This document shows positions 47,764 through 57,645 of a stretch of 64,000 nucleotides of DNA, in pieces. The stretch comes from a virus (lineage: Duplodnaviria > Caudoviricetes): positions 20,047-84,046 of IMG/VR virus record IMGVR_UViG_3300037483_000925, one strand, 5' to 3'. Position 1 is the first letter of the stretch. Every line of letters begins with the position of its first letter. Made by a program: the position numbers and the translations under genes. The notes beneath the pieces are model-generated. The model was not told the origin of the DNA, searched no databases, and saw only the letters and a program-made list of their open reading frames with translations.

Positions 47764-48489
47764 ATGAAAAAATTCTATGTCTATTTTCTAAGAAGACCAG
47801 ATAAGGTAGATCCTATTGAACCATGGAAGAACTGTCCTTTCTATGTGGGCAAGGGACAGAATCATAGATATAAAAAACACAGAAAAGAAGCAAAAATTCT
47901 CATGACTGATCCTGGAAGAAAGCTACAAAGAATCGTTATTATCCATAAACTTTGGAAGAAAAAATTAGATTTTGAAATAGATATTGTTTTTGATAATCTT
48001 ACTGAACAAGAAGCATTTGAATTAGAAGCTATGGCTATTGAGGCTTACGGTAGGATAGATTTAGGCACAGGAATATTAACAAATTTAACTAATGGAGGAG
48101 AAGGGGCAAGTGGATTAATTCAATCAGAAGAAAAGAAAAATAAATTAAGTAAAAAGGCAATTGGAAATAAAAGATGGGTTGGAAGAAAGCATTCTGAAGA
48201 AGCTAAAATAAAAATAGGATTGGCAAATAGTGGAAAAAATCACTATATGTTTGGTAAGCATTGTACAGAAGAACAGCGCAGAATAAATAGCAATTCCCAT
48301 AAAGGAAAAAAGCTATCAGAAATTACTAAAAAAAGAATATCAGAGGCTAAAACTGGTAAGATATCTAAACTAAAGGGAATTCCTCGTACCAAAGAAGATA
48401 AACAGAAAATAAAACAAGGATTATTAAAATTTTATGAAAATAAAAGAATAATTTTAGAACCATTAAAGGGATTAACAAATGACCAATAA
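47764..48489 (+). CDS. Free-standing GIY-YIG/NUMOD3 homing endonuclease
   Basis: YVYFL...FYVGKG..R..H, LTNGGEG, repeated G.KHSEE.K.KI NUMOD3 motifs; very AT-rich. Confidence 0.85.
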   Translation: MKKFYVYFLRRPDKVDPIEPWKNCPFYVGKGQNHRYKKHRKEAKILMTDPGRKLQRIVIIHKLWKKKLDFEIDIVFDNLTEQEAFELEAMAIEAYGRIDLGTGILTNLTNGGEGASGLIQSEEKKNKLSKKAIGNKRWVGRKHSEEAKIKIGLANSGKNHYMFGKHCTEEQRRINSNSHKGKKLSEITKKRISEAKTGKISKLKGIPRTKEDKQKIKQGLLKFYENKRIILEPLKGLTNDQ

Positions 48490-48757
48490 CAAGAGGAAGC
48501 TCCACGTCGCCCAGCCCCAGGCCCCAGCCAACGTCACGGCCCAGGTCGTGATCACCGCCTTCACGGACCGGAACCCGGTCTTTCAATGCTCCGGGGACCC
48601 GGCCGTGGCCCTGGAACTCTTGTCCGTAGGACTCCAGGCCGTGGCCAACGCCCTGAGACAGCAGTTTGCAGCCAAGGCCCAGGCCGATCCTGTGGACAGG
48701 AAGAGGGAGTTCCTGGGACCGAGGGAGACGATCATATATGACAAGGGAGAGAAATGA
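48479..48757 (+). CDS. Hypothetical protein
   Basis: GC-rich backbone codon usage. Confidence 0.55.
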   Translation: MTNNKRKLHVAQPQAPANVTAQVVITAFTDRNPVFQCSGDPAVALELLSVGLQAVANALRQQFAAKAQADPVDRKREFLGPRETIIYDKGEK

Positions 48758-49056
48758 TGGCCCTTACATGGATTAGTTCTTTATTTAAGAATAAAATAAA
48801 TAAGACTGATTCTGATTTTAATAAAATAATGAAAGAAATGCTGCAAAAAGAATGGAGACTTCTTTTGGAGCCAGTAATTCTTGATCCTGATGGAGAAAAT
48901 ATTAGTGCTTGGGAAGCATCAATCACTAAGGCAATTCTTATTTGGCAAATAGACTTGGCTGATGGCGGCGAAAGGCCAATAGGAATAGGATGTTCATGTG
49001 ATCCGTTATTAGCTATTAAAGAAGCTGTAAAATCAGTACACCGGCGAAACAGATAA
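48754..49056 (+). CDS. AT-rich hypothetical protein
   Basis: ATGA-coupled to the upstream gene. Confidence 0.5.
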   Translation: MMALTWISSLFKNKINKTDSDFNKIMKEMLQKEWRLLLEPVILDPDGENISAWEASITKAILIWQIDLADGGERPIGIGCSCDPLLAIKEAVKSVHRRNR

Positions 49057-49062
49057 AGGAAA

Positions 49063-49995
49063 ATGATTAATATGAGCCCTCTTCATTTAATCCGTCCCCA
49101 GACCCTGGACCAGTTCCATGGCAATGCCAGCCTGAAGGCAGCCCTGGCCACGAAGTTCTCCATCTCGGACAGGCCCCGGACCTACCTGCTGTTCGGGCAG
49201 GCGGGCTGCGGCAAGACCACCTTGGCCCGGATCATCGCCCGGGCCTACGGCTGCGACATGGAGCGGGACTACCAGGAACTGGACATCGGCGACGCCCGGG
49301 GCATAGAGGATGCCCGTAAGATCAAGCAAAACCTCCATTACGCCCCCATGGCCGGACCGGTCAAGGTCTACTGCCTGGACGAGGTACATAAGTCAAATGA
49401 CTTCTTCCAGGATGCCATGCTCAAGGCCCTGGAAGAGCCCCCCAGGCATGTGGTCTTCATTCTCTGCACCACCAATCCGGAGAAGCTGAAGCCCACGGTC
49501 AAAAGGCGCTGCACCCAGTTCGAGGTCCGGCCTTTGGCCGATGGCGAGATGCAGAGACTCATCGAACAGGTCTTGGCCACCCAGGGGATAGAGTCCGGAT
49601 ATCCCCAGGAAATTGTCAGGGAAATCATCAAGGCCGCCCATGGCTCCCCAGGCATTGCCCTGAATATTCTCGACCAGATCATCGACATGGAGGACCAGGC
49701 CCAAATCCTCCAGGTGGTAAGGCGAACCGAAGTCACCGAGGCCTCGGTCATCGACCTGTGCCGGGGGCTGCTGGCCCGGGACTGGGATGGGTGTGCCAGG
49801 CAGCTCCGGCTCATGCCCGAGAAGGCAGAGGTGGAGCCGGTGCGCAGGGCCATTGTCAAGTACATGAGGAAGATCCTGCTCGGGGACCGGCCAAGCCCCC
49901 AGGCCGGAGTAGTGATCCTGGCCTTCGAGCAGCCGTTCTTTGACGGGGGACTGGACGGGCTGGTGGCCCGGGTCTATGCGGTGACGAGGGGGTAG
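49063..49995 (+). CDS. Clamp loader AAA+ subunit (DnaX-like)
   Basis: RPQTLD, GQAGCGKTTLARI, LDEVH, LKALEEPP, FILCTT.PEKL. Confidence 0.9.
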   Translation: MINMSPLHLIRPQTLDQFHGNASLKAALATKFSISDRPRTYLLFGQAGCGKTTLARIIARAYGCDMERDYQELDIGDARGIEDARKIKQNLHYAPMAGPVKVYCLDEVHKSNDFFQDAMLKALEEPPRHVVFILCTTNPEKLKPTVKRRCTQFEVRPLADGEMQRLIEQVLATQGIESGYPQEIVREIIKAAHGSPGIALNILDQIIDMEDQAQILQVVRRTEVTEASVIDLCRGLLARDWDGCARQLRLMPEKAEVEPVRRAIVKYMRKILLGDRPSPQAGVVILAFEQPFFDGGLDGLVARVYAVTRG

Positions 49996-50249
49996 GGAAA
50001 TATGAATTATTGTCCCAACAAAAAGAAAATTTCTATGATCCAAAATAAGATCAAAAATCATATTAGCTCATTCGGCAAGTCTTTGTTCTCGTTTTTTATT
50101 TATAATTGCGCGATCCGAAAAAGAGGTGATTGGATTGATTTGATTCAAGAAAGGAAATGGAATGGAGCTAAGATTTATTGGATTTGTGCAATCTATGTCG
50201 GAGATTAAGAAAATCCCTAAATTCGCCATAATAATACAGGAGGCCAACC

Positions 50250-50843
50250 ATGGCATTCAATTTTGAGCAGGAACTCGCCATAAACAAAAACAAATTGGAC
50301 GATGAGCTTCTGACCCAGGCCCAGAAAATGATGAGGTACAACTCGGCCCATGCCCAGGCGATGTATGACCGGGACCGGGCCAAGCAGGCCCTGGACGTAA
50401 CCAAGGCCAATCTTGACGCCTCCATCAGGGCCGAGCTGACTGCCTCCGGGGCCAAATTTACCGAGGCAGTGGTCGACGGCAAGATCAGGACTTCGTCCAC
50501 CTACATCGAGGCCCAGGACAAGTACCAGAAAGCAGAACATGAGGTCAACCTGCTCTTGGGTGCTGTCATGGCCATGAACGCCAGGAAGGGGATGCTGGAG
50601 TCCCTGGTCAAGCTCTTCCTTTCCGGTTACTGGTCTGAGCCCCGGGTCCCGGGCGGGGAGGCCATGAAGGCCGGGGCGGTGGTCAATGCCGTGGAGGAGT
50701 CCGTGGCCAGGGGCACGGGGGCTCCCGGCTTCCAGCCTACGGACTGGCCCAAGGAGGCCCCGGTCGTGGCCCCGCCTCCGGCACCTGGGACCGCCCCGCC
50801 GAGAATGACACCCACACCCAGGCCCGTGCCCAAGAAGGATTAG
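50250..50843 (+). CDS. UvsY-like recombination mediator with a Pro-rich tail
   Basis: Helical pattern EL.INK..LD.E...Q...KFTEA.V..RKGML..L; upstream of the SSB and RecA genes. Confidence 0.6.
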   Translation: MAFNFEQELAINKNKLDDELLTQAQKMMRYNSAHAQAMYDRDRAKQALDVTKANLDASIRAELTASGAKFTEAVVDGKIRTSSTYIEAQDKYQKAEHEVNLLLGAVMAMNARKGMLESLVKLFLSGYWSEPRVPGGEAMKAGAVVNAVEESVARGTGAPGFQPTDWPKEAPVVAPPPAPGTAPPRMTPTPRPVPKKD

Positions 50844-50997
50844 CAGATGTGGCAATACGTCACCAATCCAATAGCCTGGATAGCCGTCTTCGTGGTCAGC
50901 TTGCCGTTCTGGTACCTGATATTCCGGCTGCTGTTCCGGGCCTATTACAAATCCAGGATGGAGTATTACAACGCCGTCCAGCAAAGGAGAAGAGAGC

Positions 50998-52251
50998 ATG
51001 AGTCCGACACCGAAAGGGACAGTGGCCCCGCCGCCGATTAACCAGCCCCCGGGCCAGCAGTTCGACTACAGCCAGTATACCGGAGAATCCTCCCAGGCCG
51101 TGGCCCAGACGTCCTACGGGATGAAGGATGGGACCGGAGGCAGCGACATCTTCATCCCCGAGGTCATCGCCGGCTTCCCGCAGTTCGAGCCCAAGGCCGG
51201 GACAGTGGTGGTCTTCGACATCGTCATGGCCCCCGCCGGGAGCAAGCATCCCATGGTGGTCAACGGCAGGATCAAGCCCGAGGCCCCGGTACACGTGTGC
51301 TGGGCTTACGTCCATAAGAGCCTGGGTCTGAACCAGGGCTGGTTCATCTGTCCCTCCCGGACCTACGGCAAGCGGTGTCCGGCCTGTGAGGAGCGGGCCA
51401 GGATCATGGCCAGCCCCAATCTCAGCGATGAACAAGTCAGCACCAGAATCAAGCCCTACGCCTCCGGCAAAGGGCCGCTGGGCATCTACAACGTCTTGGT
51501 CCACTCCAACCCCCAGGCCATGACTTGGGCCGAGCCGGTCATGTGGTGGCCCATCACCTTCGCCTATATGGAGGCCGTACTCCAAGGCAAGTCCAAGAGC
51601 GATGCAGTCATGGAGGGGACCGGGGTCATCAACTACTTCTGGCCCACGGCCGGACCCCAGGGTGGGCGCCACATCAAGGTCGACGTCATCCAGGAGGGCA
51701 AGTACAACAAGTTCACCGGCCATACCTTCTACCAGAGGCAGCAGCCGATCCCGCCGCACGTGATGCAGCAGGCCCGGGCGCTGAGCGAGTTCCTCTACAT
51801 CGGCGCCGACTGGGATTCCTACTATGACGAGATCAAGCAGGCCGTGGACATCGTGGTCGAGAGCCAGGGCACGGACGGTGTCAGCCAGCCCACGGGCATG
51901 GACTCTGTCGGATATGGAGCTGGCCCCCGACCACCAGGATCTGAAGTCTTCGGCACCCCGCCCCCGCAGCAGGGGCTGTTCCCCGAATGCGAGCCCTTCG
52001 GGACCCGGCACGGGGATTTCGAGGAGTGCAACGGATGCACGGTCAAGGTCCAATGCTACAACTCCGCCCCGGCCGGCAGGCAGGAGGCATTGCCGGCCCC
52101 CGGCATGGCTCCCGGGCCTGCGGCAGTGGCCCCGCCTCCGGTTGTGGCCCCGGTCAATGTGGCTCCGCCGCCCGGACCTCCCAATCCCGGTACCCCGGCA
52201 GTGGGTACTACTCCTCCCGGGGCGCCGATCCCGAGACGGAATGTGACGTAA
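50998..52251 (+). CDS. gp32-like single-stranded DNA-binding protein
   Basis: VHK.LG...FICPSRTYGKRCPACE, IYNV; C-terminal 4-Cys motif and Pro-rich tail. Confidence 0.65.
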   Translation: MSPTPKGTVAPPPINQPPGQQFDYSQYTGESSQAVAQTSYGMKDGTGGSDIFIPEVIAGFPQFEPKAGTVVVFDIVMAPAGSKHPMVVNGRIKPEAPVHVCWAYVHKSLGLNQGWFICPSRTYGKRCPACEERARIMASPNLSDEQVSTRIKPYASGKGPLGIYNVLVHSNPQAMTWAEPVMWWPITFAYMEAVLQGKSKSDAVMEGTGVINYFWPTAGPQGGRHIKVDVIQEGKYNKFTGHTFYQRQQPIPPHVMQQARALSEFLYIGADWDSYYDEIKQAVDIVVESQGTDGVSQPTGMDSVGYGAGPRPPGSEVFGTPPPQQGLFPECEPFGTRHGDFEECNGCTVKVQCYNSAPAGRQEALPAPGMAPGPAAVAPPPVVAPVNVAPPPGPPNPGTPAVGTTPPGAPIPRRNVT

Positions 52252-52597
52252 ACCTTAATCCTGGGGCGGCCCGGCGGGAACCGGGATGGACTGGGCAGGC
52301 AGCCTGCATACGGACGTATCATGCAAAAGCATAGATTGGGAGCAGGTCAGCCAGCGTTCGGGAAAAGGCCAATTCCGAAACACAAAGCCCCTAAAAACGT
52401 CTAAGGGAGCGGATGTGGCGAAACCACCAGAGCGCAAGAACGCAAGCCGGATACCAGATAACTTCAGAACTCCGGCCCCCAGGAACTTTTACTGCATGGT
52501 TGAGGGTAGATGGCCATGGGAGGTACCATCTGGCAAACGGCCCCGTTAACAGACTCCGGACTCCGTAACCAGAATACCTTTTACGAGGGAGAAATAA

Positions 52598-52906
52598 ATG
52601 AACAGTATTATGGAAGCGTTAATAGTTATTGGTACTATTTTTTTAGGAGTTGCCTTGGGCCTTCTTCTTCTTTTCTGGCCCATACACTATGCTACAGAAA
52701 AAGGACAGATAGCCTCGTTCAAGTCTGTCCAAGAAACTATGGATAGAGCCAGAGCAAATTCTAAGATTTCTAAATACGAGATTGCAGCTATTCAGCAAAA
52801 GGCTGTTGATTCCAATAAATGGCTAGCTGAGGCCCAATACTGGAATCATACTATTTTTGAGTGGGCTTGGCCTGACGAGGTTGATGATTTAAGGCCAATA
52901 CAATGA
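52598..52906 (+). CDS. Single-TM membrane protein
   Basis: N-terminal hydrophobic helix; AT-rich. Confidence 0.6.
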   Translation: MNSIMEALIVIGTIFLGVALGLLLLFWPIHYATEKGQIASFKSVQETMDRARANSKISKYEIAAIQQKAVDSNKWLAEAQYWNHTIFEWAWPDEVDDLRPIQ

Positions 52907-53997
52907 CCAAGACCCTCCCGGACCAGGTCAGGGATGCCGCCCAGGCCCCGCCCCAGCAGCACGAAAGGCCGATAGTCTTCGACCAGCTGGTGTCCACCGG
53001 CTCCCTGCTCCTGGACCTGGCCATATCCGGGGGAGTATCTCGGTACGGGGGCATCCCGGGCCGGATCATCGTCCAGGTCTATGGCCCCAACTCCACAGGC
53101 AAGACTACGCTCATGGCCGAGGTCCTGGGGCATGTGCAGCGGGCCGGGGGCGCCTGGCGGGTCCGGGACCCTGAGGCCCGGCTCAACGCTTCCTACTGCC
53201 GGACCTTCGGGGTGAAGTTGGATCAGGATGACATCGAGAGGACCGGGACCATCACGGACATGTTCGAGGGTCTGATCGGACCTCTGGAGACCAAGGAAAA
53301 GAAGACTGTCAGGGCCAAGGACAAGGCCTGGGTCCCGGACCCAAAAAAGGTCAACATCTATGCTGTGGATTCCCTGGCCTCCCTGGCCTCCAGGATGGAG
53401 ATGGAGCAGGGAGATAAGCTAGGCCAGAAGCGGGCCAAGGACTTCTCCGAGGGCTTCCGCATGATCTCCGACCACGTCTATAATCACAACATCATCATGT
53501 TCTGCACCGACCAGGTCCGTGACAATGTCGGGGGCTACGGAGAGGCCCAGAAGCCGGGGGGCGGCAATGCCGTGGGCTATTACTCCAGCCTCCGCATCAG
53601 GCTGAAGAAGGTCAAGGACCTAGTCAAGGAGGTCCAGCTCGAGGGCATGGCCAAGGTCGAGAAGCACGTCTACGGGATTGAGGTCGAGGCGTTCATCAGG
53701 AAGTCATCCTTGGACCGGGGCTACCGGACTGCCTCCATCCGCATCCTATTTAATTACGGCCTGGACGATATCGGGGCAAATCTCCAATGGCTCAAGGAGC
53801 ATGGCTATTTCAGCGAGCCCGGGTACAGACTGGGCGACCAATATTTCCCGGCCAATACCAAGGGCGGCGCCCTGGATGCTGCCATTGCCCACGTCGAGGC
53901 CGAGGGTCTGGAGGATGCCGTGAGGGAGGCCGTGGTCGAGGTCTGGAACCAGATAGAGGCCCAGGTGAGGCCCCAGAGAAAGCCCAAGGAGAGATAA
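52903..53997 (+). CDS. recA: RecA/UvsX-like recombinase
   Basis: STGSLLLDLAI, YGPNSTGKTT, VDSLA, QVRD and GGNA motifs. Confidence 0.9.
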   Translation: MTKTLPDQVRDAAQAPPQQHERPIVFDQLVSTGSLLLDLAISGGVSRYGGIPGRIIVQVYGPNSTGKTTLMAEVLGHVQRAGGAWRVRDPEARLNASYCRTFGVKLDQDDIERTGTITDMFEGLIGPLETKEKKTVRAKDKAWVPDPKKVNIYAVDSLASLASRMEMEQGDKLGQKRAKDFSEGFRMISDHVYNHNIIMFCTDQVRDNVGGYGEAQKPGGGNAVGYYSSLRIRLKKVKDLVKEVQLEGMAKVEKHVYGIEVEAFIRKSSLDRGYRTASIRILFNYGLDDIGANLQWLKEHGYFSEPGYRLGDQYFPANTKGGALDAAIAHVEAEGLEDAVREAVVEVWNQIEAQVRPQRKPKER

Positions 53998-54222
53998 GAT
54001 GTTCTATAAAAATAAAATGGGGGAGTATTTTCTTAGAGTAGGAACCATTCCCGAATATAAAGGAATGGCTCTATTAGCAGTTTTCCCCAAAACCTCTACT
54101 AAGGGTCAAGAGACCCTCCCATTAACCAAATCAGAACTTGATCAACTTATATCCAGATTAAAGGAGATTTCTAATCAATTGACAATTTCAAGGGAGGCAG
54201 AGCCTCTTGGGTCAGATTGGTA

Positions 54223-54771
54223 ATGGCCAAAACCAAGAAATCTCCCAAGCCCAAGAAAGAGGACCTGATCCGAATCCTGGCTGCCGAGCTAACGGATACG
54301 GCCTGGGAAATAATCTCCCAACTCCGGGGTCTGCCTGATCCCGGGACCCGGGCCAAAAGGGAGAACCTGCTCAATTCCCTGTTTAAGAAGTCCATCACCA
54401 GGGGCAGGGCCAAGGATAAGAGCCGGGAGCTCCAGCAGTGGCTTGAGGCCAGGATCGGGGAACTGCTTGGCGAGCCCCATGGCAAGGACACCGAGATATG
54501 CTCCAGGGCCGGGTCCCAGAGCGGCCCGGACGTGGGCATGAGCCCTAGGATCTGCGCCCTGTTCCCGTTGACGGCCGAGTGCAAGTCCGGGGATTCCTGG
54601 TCCATACCCGCCGCCATCAGGCAGTGCCAAGCTAATTTGTACCCAAACACGGATTGGGTGCTGGTGCTGGATAGGCCCAGTCCCGTCAAGGAAAAGCGGA
54701 TACCGGCTATAATATGCATAGATGGAGAAGTATTCTTCAGAATTCTGAGGGAGGGCTTATGTCAAAAATAA
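54223..54771 (+). CDS. PD-(D/E)xK nuclease, Holliday junction resolvase-like
   Basis: KSR.LQQW, GPDV, TAECK...W..PAAIRQ. Confidence 0.7.
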   Translation: MAKTKKSPKPKKEDLIRILAAELTDTAWEIISQLRGLPDPGTRAKRENLLNSLFKKSITRGRAKDKSRELQQWLEARIGELLGEPHGKDTEICSRAGSQSGPDVGMSPRICALFPLTAECKSGDSWSIPAAIRQCQANLYPNTDWVLVLDRPSPVKEKRIPAIICIDGEVFFRILREGLCQK

Positions 54772-54952
54772 GGGTAGATGAAGAACAGGAACAGAACCTT
54801 GCCGAAGAAATAGGAGATTTAGTCAACAGAATAAATTCTCTGATGATGACCGCAGCAGATTTCGAGCTTGACATCATTGCCTCCATCTCCATGCGGAATC
54901 CGCCATTTGATCAAATTCCACATCTACATATCAGAATTCTCAAGGAAGTTAA

Positions 54953-55144
54953 GTGACCCTGTCCAAGAAACTGACCCCACTCAAGGCCATACGCTTCTGG
55001 TGCCTCGAGTGCCAGTCCCAGAGCTATAAGGAAGTCAGGGAATGCCCTGATGAATTTTGTCCCTTCCATCAATACCGAATGGGCCATAATCCAAACAGAA
55101 AAAATATAGGTGGTAATCCTTCGTTTAAATCTTCCAACTCCTAA
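54953..55144 (+). CDS. Small Zn-finger protein
   Basis: AIR..CLEC...EV..C...CP...YR.G. Confidence 0.65.
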   Translation: MTLSKKLTPLKAIRFWCLECQSQSYKEVRECPDEFCPFHQYRMGHNPNRKNIGGNPSFKSSNS

Positions 55145-55187
55145 CTTAAGTAGGGTAAAACTGCCTTAGAATCGCCTGGAATCTAAT

Positions 55188-56246
55188 ATGGCTATAAAGT
55201 CCCTTCATATCCAAAACCTCCAAAGTCATAAGGATAGCTTCCTGGAATTCTCCCCGGGAGTCAACATCATCGTGGGCCAGTCCCGGAACGGGAAGTCCGC
55301 CATCTTCCGGGGCCTGGAGAAGCTGGCCAGGAACCGGCCCATCATCGGTCTGGAATCCTGGATCCATAGACACGATCCCAAGAATGCCATCGCCGTGGAG
55401 CTAGCCACCACCGACGGTCACATCATATCCTGGGAGGGGCCAAAGGACCAGAGGTACGTCCTGGACGGGGAGGAATTCAGGGGCTTCGGCACGGAGGTTC
55501 CCCAGCCCGTGGCCGAGGCCCTGAACCTGGATCCCATCAACACCCAGTTTCAATTTGATGCCCCCTACCTCCTCTTCGACTCCCCTGGCCAAGTGGCCAA
55601 GACCCTGAACAAGATCGTCCATCTGGATGCCATAGACAAGGGCCTGGGCAACGCTTCAGCCCTGAAGCGGACCAATGACAGGGATATCCAGGCCCAGGAG
55701 ACCAGGTTGGAGGAACTCCAGGCTCTGGAGGATTCGTTCCCGGACCTGGAGGCGGCAGAGGAGTTCATAGCCGAGCTCGAGGACAAGGAAAAGGAAAGGC
55801 TGGATAAGGAGGATAAGTGCAGCAGACTTCAAACTCTTCAAAATGCTTTAGCAGCAAGAAGAATTTGGCTAAAAGAAGAGCAAATCCCGGCCGGGGTGGA
55901 GCAGCAGGTCCAGGTCCTGTTCTCCAGCTTGGAGAAGAAGGATCGTCTGAAATACACCTTGGACCTGTTGGTCAATCTCCAAGCTAATCTCGCTCGGCTC
56001 CGGGCCAGAAAGGCGGATCTGGGCAAGGTGCTCGGGCAGGATGCCTGGGTGTCCGAGCTCCTGACCAAGAACTCCCTGCTGGGGATGAAGAGGAAGAACC
56101 TGACCAGGATGAAGGCCCTGCAAGGGCAGATCGCCCAGGCCAGGACGGGGCTTTTGGCAAAAACCGCTATAATAAGACAAGAAGAAGAAAAATTCAAAAA
56201 AATGTTTCCGGACATATGCCCGTTGTGTGAAAGGATAATGGAATGA
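55188..56246 (+). CDS. SbcC/Rad50-like ATPase, N-terminal half
   Basis: IQNLQSH, GQSRNGKS Walker A, Q-loop QFQFD, coiled coil, terminal CPLC hook. Confidence 0.88.
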   Translation: MAIKSLHIQNLQSHKDSFLEFSPGVNIIVGQSRNGKSAIFRGLEKLARNRPIIGLESWIHRHDPKNAIAVELATTDGHIISWEGPKDQRYVLDGEEFRGFGTEVPQPVAEALNLDPINTQFQFDAPYLLFDSPGQVAKTLNKIVHLDAIDKGLGNASALKRTNDRDIQAQETRLEELQALEDSFPDLEAAEEFIAELEDKEKERLDKEDKCSRLQTLQNALAARRIWLKEEQIPAGVEQQVQVLFSSLEKKDRLKYTLDLLVNLQANLARLRARKADLGKVLGQDAWVSELLTKNSLLGMKRKNLTRMKALQGQIAQARTGLLAKTAIIRQEEEKFKKMFPDICPLCERIME

Positions 56247-57199
56247 TCCTTTGCGCTGACACCCACCTCCGCTCCACCAGGCCCCGGGCCAGGATAGACG
56301 ACTACTTTGCCGCCCAGGAGCGAAAATTCAGGTTCATTCTGGAGCAGGCCCAGGCCAGTCCTCCGCTCCTGATCGCAGGCGATCTGCTGAATGCGGCCAG
56401 GCCCGGGGAGGGGCTGCTGCGCTGGCTCATAGACCTGCTTCATGAATACGAAGTGGTCCCCGTGGTGGTGCCGGGTCAGCACGATCTCCCGGGCCATTCC
56501 CTTGACCAGATCAAGAATTCCGGCCTGGGGGTCTTGGCTGCGGCAGGGGTGATTTGGTTAGCCTCCGACCCGACCCAGATATGGTGGGTTGGGAGCGAAT
56601 TCTTCATGAATTGGTGTGATAGAACAGCTGTGGTCGGGGTCCCATATGGAATGGACCCTCCCCAGATAGATTGGTGCGGAGCCACGATTCCTAAAATCCT
56701 CCTCTGGCACCATATGGTGATCAATGAGCCCCTGTGGCCGGGCCAGGAGGCGGATAATGTTCATTCTATCCTTAAAAAATACCCTCAATTTGATTTAATC
56801 GTAACGGGAGATAATCATCAAACCATAATCTGTATTCCAGGTCAGAATTCAACAGTAGGCAGAAGATTCGTCCATCATCAAAACTCGATACTTGTCAACC
56901 CTGGATCCACTATGCGCATGACCGCATCCCAGGTCGAGCATCAGCCCTGCGTATTCAGATACCAGCCAGAAACCGGACATCTAAGCCAACTCTTCCTTCC
57001 CATCGAGCCAGACGTCTTCGACCTATCCGAGCTCGAGGCAGCCAAGGATAAGGACTCCCGGGTCACAGCCTTCGTCGAGGGCCTGGATTCCCGATGGGAG
57101 GCAGGGCTCAGCTTCGAGAAGGGTCTCGAGGAATTCTTCAAGGCCAACGACACAGACCCCGAGGTCCAGAAACTGATTTGGAGGTGTTTGGATGCCTGA
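56243..57199 (+). CDS. SbcD/Mre11-like metallophosphoesterase nuclease
   Basis: ADTH, AGDL, PGQHD, GDNH and NPGS motifs. Confidence 0.9.
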   Translation: MILCADTHLRSTRPRARIDDYFAAQERKFRFILEQAQASPPLLIAGDLLNAARPGEGLLRWLIDLLHEYEVVPVVVPGQHDLPGHSLDQIKNSGLGVLAAAGVIWLASDPTQIWWVGSEFFMNWCDRTAVVGVPYGMDPPQIDWCGATIPKILLWHHMVINEPLWPGQEADNVHSILKKYPQFDLIVTGDNHQTIICIPGQNSTVGRRFVHHQNSILVNPGSTMRMTASQVEHQPCVFRYQPETGHLSQLFLPIEPDVFDLSELEAAKDKDSRVTAFVEGLDSRWEAGLSFEKGLEEFFKANDTDPEVQKLIWRCLDA

Positions 57200-57431
57200 C
57201 CCCACCCAAGACCTTATGAAACTGAAAGCCCACATCGACTCTGGCAAGGCCGAAGCCAACCGGATCGAGGGCCAGATCACCCAGCTGGAGCAGCAGCGGG
57301 CCACGGACTTCGCCTGCTCCGATGACCAGCAGGCCGAGGACTACATCAGGGAACTGGAAACAGACGTGGCTGCCCTGGAGCGGGAGATAACCGAGGGTGT
57401 GGCCGCGGTCAAGGGAGAACTGGGATGGTAA
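57192..57431 (+). CDS. Small coiled-coil protein, possibly a third Rad50 fragment
   Basis: Heptad pattern; lies between the nuclease and the C-terminal half. Confidence 0.55.
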   Translation: MPDPTQDLMKLKAHIDSGKAEANRIEGQITQLEQQRATDFACSDDQQAEDYIRELETDVAALEREITEGVAAVKGELGW

Positions 57432-57645
57432 GAAAAGCCGAGTCATGGGAGATTCCCAAGACTGCCGAGCAGGCAGAATGGTTTTGGCGTGGTCGGAGGT
57501 ATTACGATTGGTATAGCGAGATTTGTTCCTTTCCAGTTGGGAAGAAAAGAGACCATCAATGTTGTAATCGTCCTGGCTATGGTCCGGATGAATTATATTG
57601 CAAACAACATGCTAAAATAATTCAAAAAGGAAATTTTCCAGATTT

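Noticed and set aside
52252-52597. tRNA, tRNA-Sec or tmRNA
   Set aside because: No cloverleaf, T-loop or acceptor-stem pairing was recognised. It is kept only as an unassigned structured-RNA candidate.
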